The notes beneath the pieces were generated by a model, which saw nothing but the letters and a program-made list of their open reading frames with translations, had not been told where the DNA came from and did no database searches. From contig DATAEH010000081.1 of assembly GCA_036258115.1 (NCBI GenBank), positions 22,411 through 86,410 of the forward strand: a stretch of DNA of 64,000 bases. Direction: 5' to 3'. The translations under genes and the position numbers were made by a program. Positions 9,247 to 18,900 of the stretch are shown here, piece by piece. Each line of letters starts with the position of its first letter. Positions within the stretch are counted from its first letter, which is position 1. This DNA is from Streptosporangiaceae bacterium. GTDB lineage: Bacteria > Actinomycetota > Actinomycetes > Streptosporangiales > Streptosporangiaceae.

Positions 9247-10044
9247 GTGACCGTGACCTTAACTGGGGGTGATATGAAGTCCGGTCACGCCGTGACAGCC
9301 ATTACCCCGGTGCTGTGCGCGGGTGTCGGCGTCCGAACCGACAGTCGCTGGGCGCTCAGGATGGCGAGCTTCCGGCTTGACCAGCCTGGGCTCGGTGGCG
9401 CGGCCCTCGGGATCGCAACGCCGCGATCGCCGGCCGCAAACGCACTGATCGGATTGCTGTCCGGCCAGATCGCTCCGGACTACGGCAGTCTGCACGTGCT
9501 CGGCTACGACATGAGCGTGGCCAAGGGCCGAGCCGGCGTCCGTCGCCAGGCAGGGATCGCAAGCCGCGCGTCCAGGCCGGTCGCCGCCACCAGGATCAGG
9601 ACGCTCATCAACCGGGCCGCCAGAAAGTCAGGCCAGCGGGGCACTGACCGCCAGTTGCTGGTTGCAGCGATTCTCGATCGGCTTGGCCTGGAGCCATGGG
9701 CCGACGTGGCGATCGGCGCGGCTCCAGAGATCATCGCGAGAAAGGCCAGGCTGGCGGTCGCGACCGTGCACCAGCCGAAACTGCTCCTCATCGACTCACT
9801 CCTCGATCACCTTCAGCCGCTGGACCTGACCGTGCTCGCGGACGTGATCAGGGACTACAACCGGGATACGGCGGTGATCGCCTTCGGCGCCGACACGGAC
9901 GCGCTCATGCTGATCTGCGATCGGATCATCACTCTGAACGGCACCATCCTGGTCGGCGCGCCCCGCGTTCCTGCGCTGGACCACGACGGCGGCGACGATG
10001 AAGACGGCGATGACCTGGTCAGCATCGCCGACAGCCGGCGCTAG
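9247..10044 (+). CDS. ABC ATPase (NBD)-like protein with all catalytic motifs degenerate
   Basis: Layout and spacing resemble an ABC NBD. Walker A is replaced by LGIATPRSPAAN, the signature by AAPEIIARKARLA, and Walker B by LLLIDSLLDHL. Codon bias is visibly relaxed compared with the neighbours. Confidence 0.45.
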   Translation: MTVTLTGGDMKSGHAVTAITPVLCAGVGVRTDSRWALRMASFRLDQPGLGGAALGIATPRSPAANALIGLLSGQIAPDYGSLHVLGYDMSVAKGRAGVRRQAGIASRASRPVAATRIRTLINRAARKSGQRGTDRQLLVAAILDRLGLEPWADVAIGAAPEIIARKARLAVATVHQPKLLLIDSLLDHLQPLDLTVLADVIRDYNRDTAVIAFGADTDALMLICDRIITLNGTILVGAPRVPALDHDGGDDEDGDDLVSIADSRR

Positions 10045-10066
10045 CAGCCCGGAGTTCTGATGCCGC

Positions 10067-10331
10067 TTACCAGCGCCCGTAATGGACCAGCTCGTCCAAC
10101 GCCGGATCGAAATCCTGCGCGCCGGCAGGCGGCTCGTCGGCGGCGAGCAGGTCCCAGAACTGGCGGTTGATCGGCCCGGTCGAGCACGAGCAGCGCGTAG
10201 CCCTGGCTGAAGCCCGCCGAAGGCGCGCGGTTCGCCGCCGTAAGCAACCGCTGTGCGACCTCGGGATCGAACGGAACGATCGTGAACGCCCGCACCATGC
10301 GCCGTTTTCTGATCACTTCGCCGAATTCCAC
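10067..10331 (-). pseudogene. nitroreductase family gene remnant (frameshift plus large internal deletion)
   Basis: The N-terminus MEFGEVIRKRRMVRAFT...RAPSAGFSQGYALLVLDRADQ is nitroreductase-like. Shifting the reading frame after ...DRADQ by one nucleotide gives QFWDLLAADEPPAGAQDFDPALDELVHYGRW* (stop at 10067-10069), which looks like the family C-terminus. About 120 central residues are missing. Confidence 0.6.
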
Positions 10332-10415
10332 CGGGCCAGGCTACGGCTTGAGCGCTGGCCGCCAGGGCGTGCTCGGGAAGTCTCGCAGGGTGCCGCATTC
10401 CCGTAGGCTCGACAC

Positions 10416-11327
10416 ATGGACTGGAGCTTGTACCGGTGCGGCCGCGTCGGCCACGTCACCTACGCGCCTGACGAGCACCACCTGCGTCACCACATGCGCG
10501 GGGAGACCGGCGCGGCCGAACTGTGGCAGTGCCTGCGCTGCGGCAGTTACGTCACTGGCGAGCCGCATGGCACCGGCCCGGCCGCCGACGCTCCCGCCAT
10601 CAGGCGCGGCAAGCAGATCAAGGGCGACCTGATCCTGAAGCTGTTCGCGATCGAGCGCGGCATCAGGTTCATCATCTTTGGCGCCGTCGCCTACGGCATC
10701 TGGCGCTTCGCCAACTCTCGCTCGATCGCTCAAGCGATCAACAAGGACATCCCCCTCGTCAGGGGTTTCGCGAAGCAACTCGGGTTCACGCTGAACCACG
10801 CCTTGCTTGAGAAGATCCAGAGCCTGCTGCACGTCAGCTCGTCGAACCTGAAACTGCTAGCGCTCGGTGTCACGGGACTGGCCATCGTGTCAGGCATCGA
10901 AGCCTTCGCGCTCTGGCAGGCGAAGCGGTGGGGCGAGTACTTCGCGATGATCGTGACGTCGCTCGGACTGCCGTTCGAGATCTACGAGCTATCCAAAGCC
11001 GTCACGATCACCAAGATCATCTTGTTTGTCCTGAACCTGCTCCTGGTCGGCTACCTGGTCTACAGCAGGCGGCTATTTGGCGCCCGTGGCGGCAAGGAGG
11101 CCTACGAGGCCCGCCTGCGCGCGGACTCGATCCTCGATGAGGCCGAAAAGGCAGCGGCCAGACGCCAAGACGGGCCGCCACCCGCAGCCGATCTAGCATC
11201 GTCAGCGACGGCCGAGCCCGCGGCTCCGGCTGCGGCTGCGCCAGCACCTGACGTGGCCGTCGCCGGGCGGACGGCGCCTTCCGGCCAGCCGGCAGCTTTG
11301 CCCCGCGAGCCGAGCGGACCGTCCTAA
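10416..11327 (+). CDS. DUF2127 domain-containing membrane protein with N-terminal Cys/His-rich segment
   Basis: Four TM helices and the WQAKRWGEYFAMIVTSLGLPFEIYEL motif typical of DUF2127. The tail is Ala/Pro-rich. Confidence 0.75.
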   Translation: MDWSLYRCGRVGHVTYAPDEHHLRHHMRGETGAAELWQCLRCGSYVTGEPHGTGPAADAPAIRRGKQIKGDLILKLFAIERGIRFIIFGAVAYGIWRFANSRSIAQAINKDIPLVRGFAKQLGFTLNHALLEKIQSLLHVSSSNLKLLALGVTGLAIVSGIEAFALWQAKRWGEYFAMIVTSLGLPFEIYELSKAVTITKIILFVLNLLLVGYLVYSRRLFGARGGKEAYEARLRADSILDEAEKAAARRQDGPPPAADLASSATAEPAAPAAAAPAPDVAVAGRTAPSGQPAALPREPSGPS

Positions 11328-11381
11328 GAGTACGGCGGGTCTGGCTATTCCCCTGGTGCCGCTAGCCAGAGAATAGGTCGG

Positions 11382-12281
11382 GTGAGCACGCATTCTCAGT
11401 CGGCCGGACTTGCCAGCCATGTGCAGCGCGCCCTGCTGTACGGCTTGCTGGACGACGCCTCGCTGTTCCCGCCAGGCAACGTGCCCATGGCCGCCGCCGT
11501 GGCCGCGCACGTGGATCACGAGAAGGAGTGGTTCAGCGCGCTGACCGGGCCCTTCATCTGCCCGGAGACTAAGCTCGTCGACCTTGCCAGGACCCTGACC
11601 GCCGCCAACACGCCGTGGATCGACCTCTCGCTGGTCGTTACCGGCGGAGCCGGCGCAGTCGCCGCGGCGGCGGATGCGGCGGCGGCCGACCCGCGACTGC
11701 GGTTGCGGGCGATCGAGGTTCCTGTCGCCAAGGGCGCGGATCCGGCACAGGCCGTCACCGACGTCGCTGCCGCGCTCGGCGGCGTCCCGCTGGCCGGGGC
11801 CACCGGGTACATCGAGTATCCGCTCAGCGCGATCGCGGAACCGGAAGCCGCGGGATCGCTGCTCGACATCGCTGATCAGGCCGGCTACCGCCCGAAATTG
11901 CGCACCGGCGGGGTAACTCCCGAGGCGTTCCCTAGTGAGGAGACGCTGGCGGGCTGCCTGGCCGCCATCGCGGGACGCAGGATCCGGTTCAAGTGCACCG
12001 CTGGCCTGCACCATGCCGTGCGGTGCACGAGCGATGGGCTGGAACAACACGGATTCCTCAATGTTCTACTCGCGACCAGCGCGGCCGCCGACGGCGCAGA
12101 TGTCGCCGAGATCGCCGCGATCCTCAGCCAGCGCGACCGGGTTGCCATAACCGCAGCGACCCAGGCGCTCGACGCCGAGACCGCCGCCGAGATCCGCTGG
12201 CTGTTCACCTCGTTCGGCACGTGCAGCACCAGTGAGCCCGTCGCCGACCTGGTCGGCCTCGGCTTGCTGAGTAAGCCCTGA
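11382..12281 (+). CDS. conserved hypothetical protein
   Basis: 299-aa ORF with coding-like composition. Notable motifs are LFPPGNVPM, KLRTGG and FKCTAGLHHAVR...HGFLNVLLA. I do not recognise the family. Confidence 0.55.
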   Translation: MSTHSQSAGLASHVQRALLYGLLDDASLFPPGNVPMAAAVAAHVDHEKEWFSALTGPFICPETKLVDLARTLTAANTPWIDLSLVVTGGAGAVAAAADAAAADPRLRLRAIEVPVAKGADPAQAVTDVAAALGGVPLAGATGYIEYPLSAIAEPEAAGSLLDIADQAGYRPKLRTGGVTPEAFPSEETLAGCLAAIAGRRIRFKCTAGLHHAVRCTSDGLEQHGFLNVLLATSAAADGADVAEIAAILSQRDRVAITAATQALDAETAAEIRWLFTSFGTCSTSEPVADLVGLGLLSKP

Positions 12282-12309
12282 GTCCTGTTCAGCCTAGGAG
12301 GTCTTCTTA

Positions 12310-13551
12310 ATGGCAGTGCCGCGCGCATGCGATTGGCTCGACATACCCGACGGCCACCCTTTCGGGCTGCAGACGCTGCCGTTCGGGTCGTTCAGTGACG
12401 CGCACCACCCCGCGCACCGGCGGGTTGGCGTCGCGGTCGGCGACCGCGTGCTCAACCTGACTGCTGCGGCCGAACGGCTGCTGCCAGGGCGCGCCGACGA
12501 CTTCAGCTCGGGAAACATCGATCGCTTCCTGGCCGCGGGCGACGGCGCGTGGGCGCAGGTCAGGGCCGCGCTGACCGAGTGGCTAAGCCATGATCACTAC
12601 CGGAGCGCCATCGAGGACCTGCTTACGCCCGCGGCCGATGTGACCATGCACCTGCCGTTCACGGTCGCTGACTACGTCGACTTCTATGCCTCGGAGCAGC
12701 ATGCGACCAACGTCGGGCGGATCTTCAGGCCCGACGGCGAGGCGCTCACGCCGAACTGGCGACACCTTCCGATCGGTTATCACGGGCGCGCGGGCACCAT
12801 CGTCGTTTCCGGCACTCCGATCCGCCGCCCGTCGGGCCAGACCAGGCCGTCCGGCTCACCTGGCCCGGTGTACGGCGTCTGCCGGCGCCTCGACTTCGAG
12901 GCCGAGCTCGGGTTCGTCGTCGGCGCCGAGTCAGCGCTTGGCGAACCGGTACCTGCCGGTCGGTTCGCGGAGCACGTGTTCGGCGCGTGCCTAGTGAACG
13001 ACTGGTCCGCGCGGGACATCCAAGGTTGGGAATCCCAGCCGCTCGGCCCGTTCCTCGGCAAGTCTTTTGGCACAACAATTTCTCCGTGGATCGTGCCGCT
13101 CGCAGCGCTTGAGCACGCCAGGGTGCGACCGCCTTCGCTGGGCGCCGAGCTGACTAGCTACCTGGCCGAGTCCGGCGACTGGGGACTCGACATCGAGTTC
13201 GAGGTGCGGATCAATGGTCACGTCGTGTCCCGGCCGCCCTACGCGACCATGTACTGGAGCCCGGCCCAGATGCTCGCGCATATGACGGTCAACGGCGCTT
13301 CGCTGCGCACAGGCGACCTGTTCGCGTCGGGAACGGTCAGCGGGCCGCAGCCGGATCAGTACGGGTCGCTGATTGAGCTGGCGTGGGCCGGGCGCGAGCC
13401 GTTGAAATTCCCAGACGGCACAAGCCGCGGCTGGCTCGAGGACAACGACGAGGTTGTGATCACTGCCTCCGCGACAGGACCGGACGGCAGCAGAGTCGGG
13501 TTCGGCGACGCGCATGGCCAGATCATGCCGGCGTGGCCACCAGGATCCTGA
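12310..13551 (+). CDS. fahA: fumarylacetoacetase
   Basis: 413 aa. It has the N-terminal FAH domain (FGLQTLPFGSF) and the C-terminal FAH fold (DFEAELGFVVG, NDWSARDIQ, LGPFLGKSF). AGGAGG precedes the ATG. Confidence 0.85.
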   Translation: MAVPRACDWLDIPDGHPFGLQTLPFGSFSDAHHPAHRRVGVAVGDRVLNLTAAAERLLPGRADDFSSGNIDRFLAAGDGAWAQVRAALTEWLSHDHYRSAIEDLLTPAADVTMHLPFTVADYVDFYASEQHATNVGRIFRPDGEALTPNWRHLPIGYHGRAGTIVVSGTPIRRPSGQTRPSGSPGPVYGVCRRLDFEAELGFVVGAESALGEPVPAGRFAEHVFGACLVNDWSARDIQGWESQPLGPFLGKSFGTTISPWIVPLAALEHARVRPPSLGAELTSYLAESGDWGLDIEFEVRINGHVVSRPPYATMYWSPAQMLAHMTVNGASLRTGDLFASGTVSGPQPDQYGSLIELAWAGREPLKFPDGTSRGWLEDNDEVVITASATGPDGSRVGFGDAHGQIMPAWPPGS

Positions 13552-13664
13552 CCGCCCTCTTGCCTGGCAGAACGTCCTGAACTGGGCCATCCTGCCAGAC
13601 CGGCACGTCGTTGGGCTATCCATGACTACGATGACGACATCGCCGATACGCGGGAGAAAGCGCC

Positions 13665-15941
13665 ATGTCAGGGCAGCACGAGCAGCGGGATGGGCTGGAG
13701 CGATCCAGCCAGCCTGAGCAACTCGATGCCACACTGATCATGGCGCGGCCGGCCGCACCGGGATCGGGCGGTCACCCCTCCGAACGGCCCGCTCCCGCAC
13801 GGCAGCAGAATTCACGCAGCGTCTTCGACCCGATTCCGGCTGCAGACCGGCGTCAGGGCGCATTTGACTCAGCGCCTGCCGCGGATGGCGCGTCGGGCGC
13901 GCCGCGCAATGGCGCCTCCGGTCACGCGACTTGGTCCGCGCCTGCCAGAACGGCGGAGGAGGATCGGGTGCCCGCCGAGGCAGATCGGATCCCCTCCGCG
14001 GCGAATCGGACGCCCGCAGCGGCGGATCCGGCGCCCGCAGCGGCGGATCCGGAGCCCGCGGCGGACATGCTGCCGGTGCGTAACGGCGTGCCCCGTTCAG
14101 ATGAGGCCTCGGATCGCGCGGTTGAACAACCCGCGGCGGTGCACGTTCTCTCACCGACCGCTGAGCCCGCGCTGGCTCGTGAAATTCCCGACTCACGGTG
14201 GACGTCCTCGGCCGCGAACGGATCTGCAGGCCGCGGGTCTGGCCGTTCCGAGGCGGGCTCAGCATCGCGTGAGGCGGACCAGCCCGCCAGGCATGTAGAC
14301 ACGCCAGCCAGGCATGTTGATCAGCCGCTAGAACCTGGAACATGGGCCGATCTCAGGCAGCGCCTGGAACGGCTGCCCTACGGGCATCCTTCGTCGCCGT
14401 ATCACGTCGACGGGGAGCGCAAGCTGCCTCCACCGCGGCTCGTCCACCTTGAGCTTGCACCGCCTGCACCTGATCGGATCGGCGAGCGGCCGTCCCGGTC
14501 GAGCCCGCAGGCCTCGCATCAGGTGGATCCTGCGCCAGCGGACGATCATCGAGAACCCGCCCGAGCCGAAGTGCCGCCGGCCCGAGCGCGCGCCGCCAGT
14601 GCACAGCCGTCTCGCGGTCGCCGGGCACGTCAGTCTCCGCCCGCGCCTGCCCAGCCGATCCCATTCGGGCCGGACGCAACTGTGAGCCCGCCGGAGTCGG
14701 CTCCAACGACCGACTTCGGTGAACCGGCGGCGAGCACCGGCGCGGCAGACAACGAACCTGACCGCAGCGGAGAATGGCCCGCCCCTCGCCGGCAGCCGGA
14801 CCGTCCGTTGGCCACGGCTCAGGCCGGTGCCGCGACCGCTGGCCAGAAGGACAGCCCATTGCCTGCTCCGTCCCAGCCCACGGCAGAGCGGCGCATACCC
14901 CAGGAGGCGGAGCCGGGCTCGACCCCGGTGGCCGAGAACTTGATCGGCGCTCCAGCGGAACCTCCGCCGCGGTTCACTCAGCCGTCCACCGAGCGCGAGC
15001 GCCACGCGTCGCAGCCCAGTTTCACGCCAACCGCCGAACCCATCCAGCCTCCCGTTGACCGGGGCACCGGTTCCTCAGTCACCGATGACGAACCCGTCAC
15101 ACAGCGCACATCGCGCCGTCCGACCTTTACCCCGGCTTCGCAGATCGCCGACAGTGACACCCGGTCGGAGCAGAGCGGCATCCTGAACGGCGCGCCGGCA
15201 GCGTCCGCGAAGCGCGGGCCAGGATTCAATCCCGACGTCAGCCCGCCGCGGATGGGGTCCGACGGATCGTGGACGTGGGGCCCCGCCAAGCTCGCACCAG
15301 ACCAGGTAGGCGTGGCCGATGATGCCTATGACCGGTTCCGGGCCGCTGAAGGGCGCGATCTTTTCGGAAGCTATGTCGGCAGCGGACTGACCGCCAAACT
15401 GCGGCAGATTGAAGAACGGCTCGAGCACGGCAGCTTGGATTCTCAAACCGAGGATCACGCGCTGCTGGACATCGATGTGTTCCGCGCGAGGTTCGCTGAG
15501 ATGCTCAGACGACATCCGGACCGCTCCCCGGAGTTGCTCGCGACCCGGGTGCCCGGTGCGCTGTCGTACGCCTTCATCTTCGGCCTTGATCACTACGCCG
15601 ATGGAATCGTGCTCGTCCAGGATGCCCTCGACGCGCAGGGATTTGAACTGCAGGCGCGCAAGAACAGCTGGAGCAGTGCGGCGAACCGGTGCGTGTTCAC
15701 GATGTGGAGCGACCCGCTGAGCGAGCTGCCGTTCGAGGTGCAATTTCACACGAGCGCGAGCTTCGAGGCACAGCAGCTGGCCAGAACCTCGGTCAACATG
15801 ATCAATGACCCGCGGATACCTCCTGAGGAGGCCGCGAGCCTACGGTCAGATCTGGCATCTGCCTGGGCGGCCGTGCCGTCGCCGCCCGGAAACGCGGAAA
15901 TTGGCGACTACCGGCGGTACGGCAGCGCACCGCGCAGGTAG
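13665..15941 (+). CDS. 758-aa protein: ~520-aa Pro/Ala/Arg/Ser-rich disordered region plus ~230-aa globular C-terminal domain of unknown function
   Basis: The long ORF has internal short repeats (PAAADPA x2.6, PARHVD x2). The C-terminal part (from about DDAYDRFRAAEG to the end) has normal globular composition. Confidence 0.6.
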   Translation: MSGQHEQRDGLERSSQPEQLDATLIMARPAAPGSGGHPSERPAPARQQNSRSVFDPIPAADRRQGAFDSAPAADGASGAPRNGASGHATWSAPARTAEEDRVPAEADRIPSAANRTPAAADPAPAAADPEPAADMLPVRNGVPRSDEASDRAVEQPAAVHVLSPTAEPALAREIPDSRWTSSAANGSAGRGSGRSEAGSASREADQPARHVDTPARHVDQPLEPGTWADLRQRLERLPYGHPSSPYHVDGERKLPPPRLVHLELAPPAPDRIGERPSRSSPQASHQVDPAPADDHREPARAEVPPARARAASAQPSRGRRARQSPPAPAQPIPFGPDATVSPPESAPTTDFGEPAASTGAADNEPDRSGEWPAPRRQPDRPLATAQAGAATAGQKDSPLPAPSQPTAERRIPQEAEPGSTPVAENLIGAPAEPPPRFTQPSTERERHASQPSFTPTAEPIQPPVDRGTGSSVTDDEPVTQRTSRRPTFTPASQIADSDTRSEQSGILNGAPAASAKRGPGFNPDVSPPRMGSDGSWTWGPAKLAPDQVGVADDAYDRFRAAEGRDLFGSYVGSGLTAKLRQIEERLEHGSLDSQTEDHALLDIDVFRARFAEMLRRHPDRSPELLATRVPGALSYAFIFGLDHYADGIVLVQDALDAQGFELQARKNSWSSAANRCVFTMWSDPLSELPFEVQFHTSASFEAQQLARTSVNMINDPRIPPEEAASLRSDLASAWAAVPSPPGNAEIGDYRRYGSAPRR
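14013..14066 (+). repeat. 21-bp in-frame tandem repeat (cccgcagcggcggatccggcg x2.6) encoding PAAADPA
   Basis: Units at 14013-14033 and 14034-54 plus a partial third, read directly from the sequence. Confidence 0.75.
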
Positions 15942-15999
15942 TAGGCGACCCCTGGCCTTCCGCGCGGCCGCGGCCGGTCTGTTGCCCGGATGATCTTGA

Positions 16000-18900
16000 T
16001 CAGGAGGCCGCGTCGTGGCTGTCGGCCCGGCCCGCGCCAATCTCGTTGAAGTACTCCTTGATCAGCTGCCGCTGACGGTCACTGACTAGTTCGAAGTGCT
16101 GGTTGAGCGCATCTTCGCCAATCGCCTCCGCCGTCAGATACAGGTCCTTGATCTGATCCATCTTCGCCGCGGCTGGAGACCACACGCTCGCGCGCGCCGC
16201 GTCCGACATGGCGGTCACCTCCGCCGAGTCGCCCGCACCGGCATCTGTGGTCGGATCTGACGACGGCGTCCTGGCTTCGACGGGATCAGGCCTGTCGGGG
16301 GGCTCGAATGGACCGCGCATCCGCTTAGCTGGCAATCCCGCCGGGACGTCGGGCTTGGCCGCAGCGGCTGGCTGCTGATCTTCAGCCTTGCCGCCCAGGA
16401 TCACCGCCATCGGCGTCGTCTCATCGTCCGGTCCGACCTCGTCGCTTGGATCGCCGGCCGCGTTCGTGCCTGCATCAGGGGAGGCCGAGTTCGGCACCTC
16501 GCCTATGGCTGGCGGGATGATGCCTGACGGGCTCGGTGGTGCCGAAACGCCCGGCTTAGCCTGGGAGGCATTCCCGGCCGCAGCCGAGACGTCTCTCTCC
16601 TCGCCTGCGGCTGATAGGGCGGAGCCTGGCGAATCCGCCGCGTCCACGTGATGGTCCCGGCTCTGCGAGCCGGCCGAAGCGCGCTCCGGTGCTGATTCCT
16701 GGGCGCGAGTGGCGGATGGGCCAGGCGGCAAGGCCGCCGGAGGACCAGTTCTGCGCTTCTGGCTGGTCTTGCCCGCGGCCGCGCGCTGACCAGCGTCCCC
16801 GTCCTGCCGTGCGCGCTCGGCGCCAGATCCAGTCGGGACGGCCCAGCCTGGCCGGTTACCGCCCGTTCTGTGGTCATCGGGCATCGGACCGCCGGCGTAA
16901 CCGCCTTGCTGATTCGGGTAACGCGCGTCGTGGTCAGGGTAGCCATCGCGCATGTCGGGGTCATATGGCAGCGGAGCGGGTTCGCCGGGGCCGTATCCGT
17001 AGACAGCGTCCGGAGGCAACGGCCCGGCCCGACGCCGCCCGGGCGGACCGTAGCCGCCCCGCCGCGGCCCGGACCCAGGCGGCTGCCGGCCAGCCTGGCT
17101 CTGCCACCCGGGGTCAGCGGGCATCGTTGGCCGACCTGGCTGACCGGACCCTTGCGAACCCCACCCGGAACGTCCGTAGGGCCGCGGATCGGCCGGCCCC
17201 TGGAAACCGCCCTCCCGGCTGTCTTGCCGATCTCCTTGCTGATATCCAGGTGGGACGTCGTAGCCTTCGTACGGCCACTCACTCTGATCACCGGTAGAGG
17301 CGTCCGCGCGACGATAACTAGCTTCTGCCGGATATCCGGGAGGAGGGCGGGACTGGCCTCGGGGGTCCGAACCACGGTCCCGGTGCGGCCGGCCACTTTG
17401 CCGGTAACCATCCGGCACGCCATTCTCTGGCCGCCAGTCGTTGCGCGGATACTGACCGCCCGGCATCTGGAAGCCGCGCGGTGCCGCGCCGCCACCTGGC
17501 TGGCGTCGAATGCCCGTCCGCGGTGGTTTGTCCGGCCGCCCACCCGGCGCCGGGCCATAGCCATCTGGCATTCCAGGCGGCACCTGCTCGCCGTAACCCG
17601 CTGGCCTTCCATATTCGCCCCGCCGAACGCGGCCATCGGGCGGACCGTAAGTACCTCGATAACCGGGCGCGTCAGCCGGAGCGTCGTTCCTTAGGCGACC
17701 ACGGCGTCCAGCGTCGTAGGCGTCCGGCCCGACGTAGTTACCTGGCCGCGTCCGGCCCGCGCCGTCGCCGGCATCCCCACGGCCTCCTTCCGCGGCGAAG
17801 CGGCCTTCGCGTTGCTTGTGACCACCAGGACCGTCGTAGCCGCGCGGCTCGGCGTAACCCTGAGGGCCGTTGTAGCCGGCAGGCCCGCCGTGTCCTGACG
17901 GACCGTCATAGTTCGGAGAATCGACGTAGTCGGGTGAACCCACGTAGTCCGGCGAACGCCCGTAGTCGCGCGAACCGCCGTAGTCCGGCGGGGCGGCGCC
18001 GTAACCGTAGCCCGGCGGGCTGCCATATCCGTTGTGCGGCGCATCGCCATGGTCACCGTGGCCGCCCTGTCCGGCGAAACGTCCGCGTCGGCTCTGAGAC
18101 GAGCCGAATCCGCCCTGCACGCCGGCGCCGCCCGGCGGGCTGACTCGACCAGGACCAACCGACGCGCCGTCCGCACCCGGCCCGCTCCGGGCATCGGGCC
18201 GCCGCGGTCCGGCCGGCCGGCCTGCCTGACTGGACCTGACTTGCGGGTCGAAACCGTCGCGCGGACCATAGTTGCCGCCCTGCCCGGCGCCGTAGCCAGC
18301 CCGCTGGACCGGGCCACCATCTTCCTGCCCGTCACCAGGACGCGGTCGGCGCACCGGCAGCCCGCCTGGCCCGAGTGACCCGTCGAAGACTCCGGGGACG
18401 GCGGGTGTCCACTGCCCTGGCTGAGCGCCACGACCTTGACGGCCTGCGCGTACGTCGTCCCGCGGGTATGAGCCACGGTCGTCATGGACGTAACCAGCCG
18501 GTGGCCCGTAACCGCCGTGGTACCCGTGGCCTGGCTCGACAGGACCACCTGGCGGGCCGTAGCCGAGAGCGCCCTGGCGGCTGGGGTACGGGCCGTCAGC
18601 GGACTCATAACCATCGCCTGGCCGCAGCCTCAGCGTCTGCGGCGGAAACTGGCCTGGCTGCTCCCAGTCCTGACCTGGATCGGGATCGTGCCAGATCTGA
18701 CCTGGTGGCTCCGCCTCGTGCCAGACCTGGCGTGGCAGATCGGATCGCACCGGCTCGACCTGGACGGGTTCGGGGTACACCGGCCGTGCCAGGAGAGGCT
18801 CTGGCGCGGAGCCTTGGTCCGTTCCGCCTGGCGGTTGTGCGCCGCTCGGCGCCGCAGCCCGCCGCGGCGAGATCACCGGAGTGACGGGCCGCCCGATCCG

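Noticed and set aside
16388-18884. Many 100-380-aa ORFs in other frames on both strands (e.g. 16503..17636, 16870..17694, 17691..18614)
   Set aside because: They are by-products of the repetitive GC-rich sequence of the 1018-aa gene. Only the 16000..19056 frame spans the whole interval and ends in a non-repetitive module.
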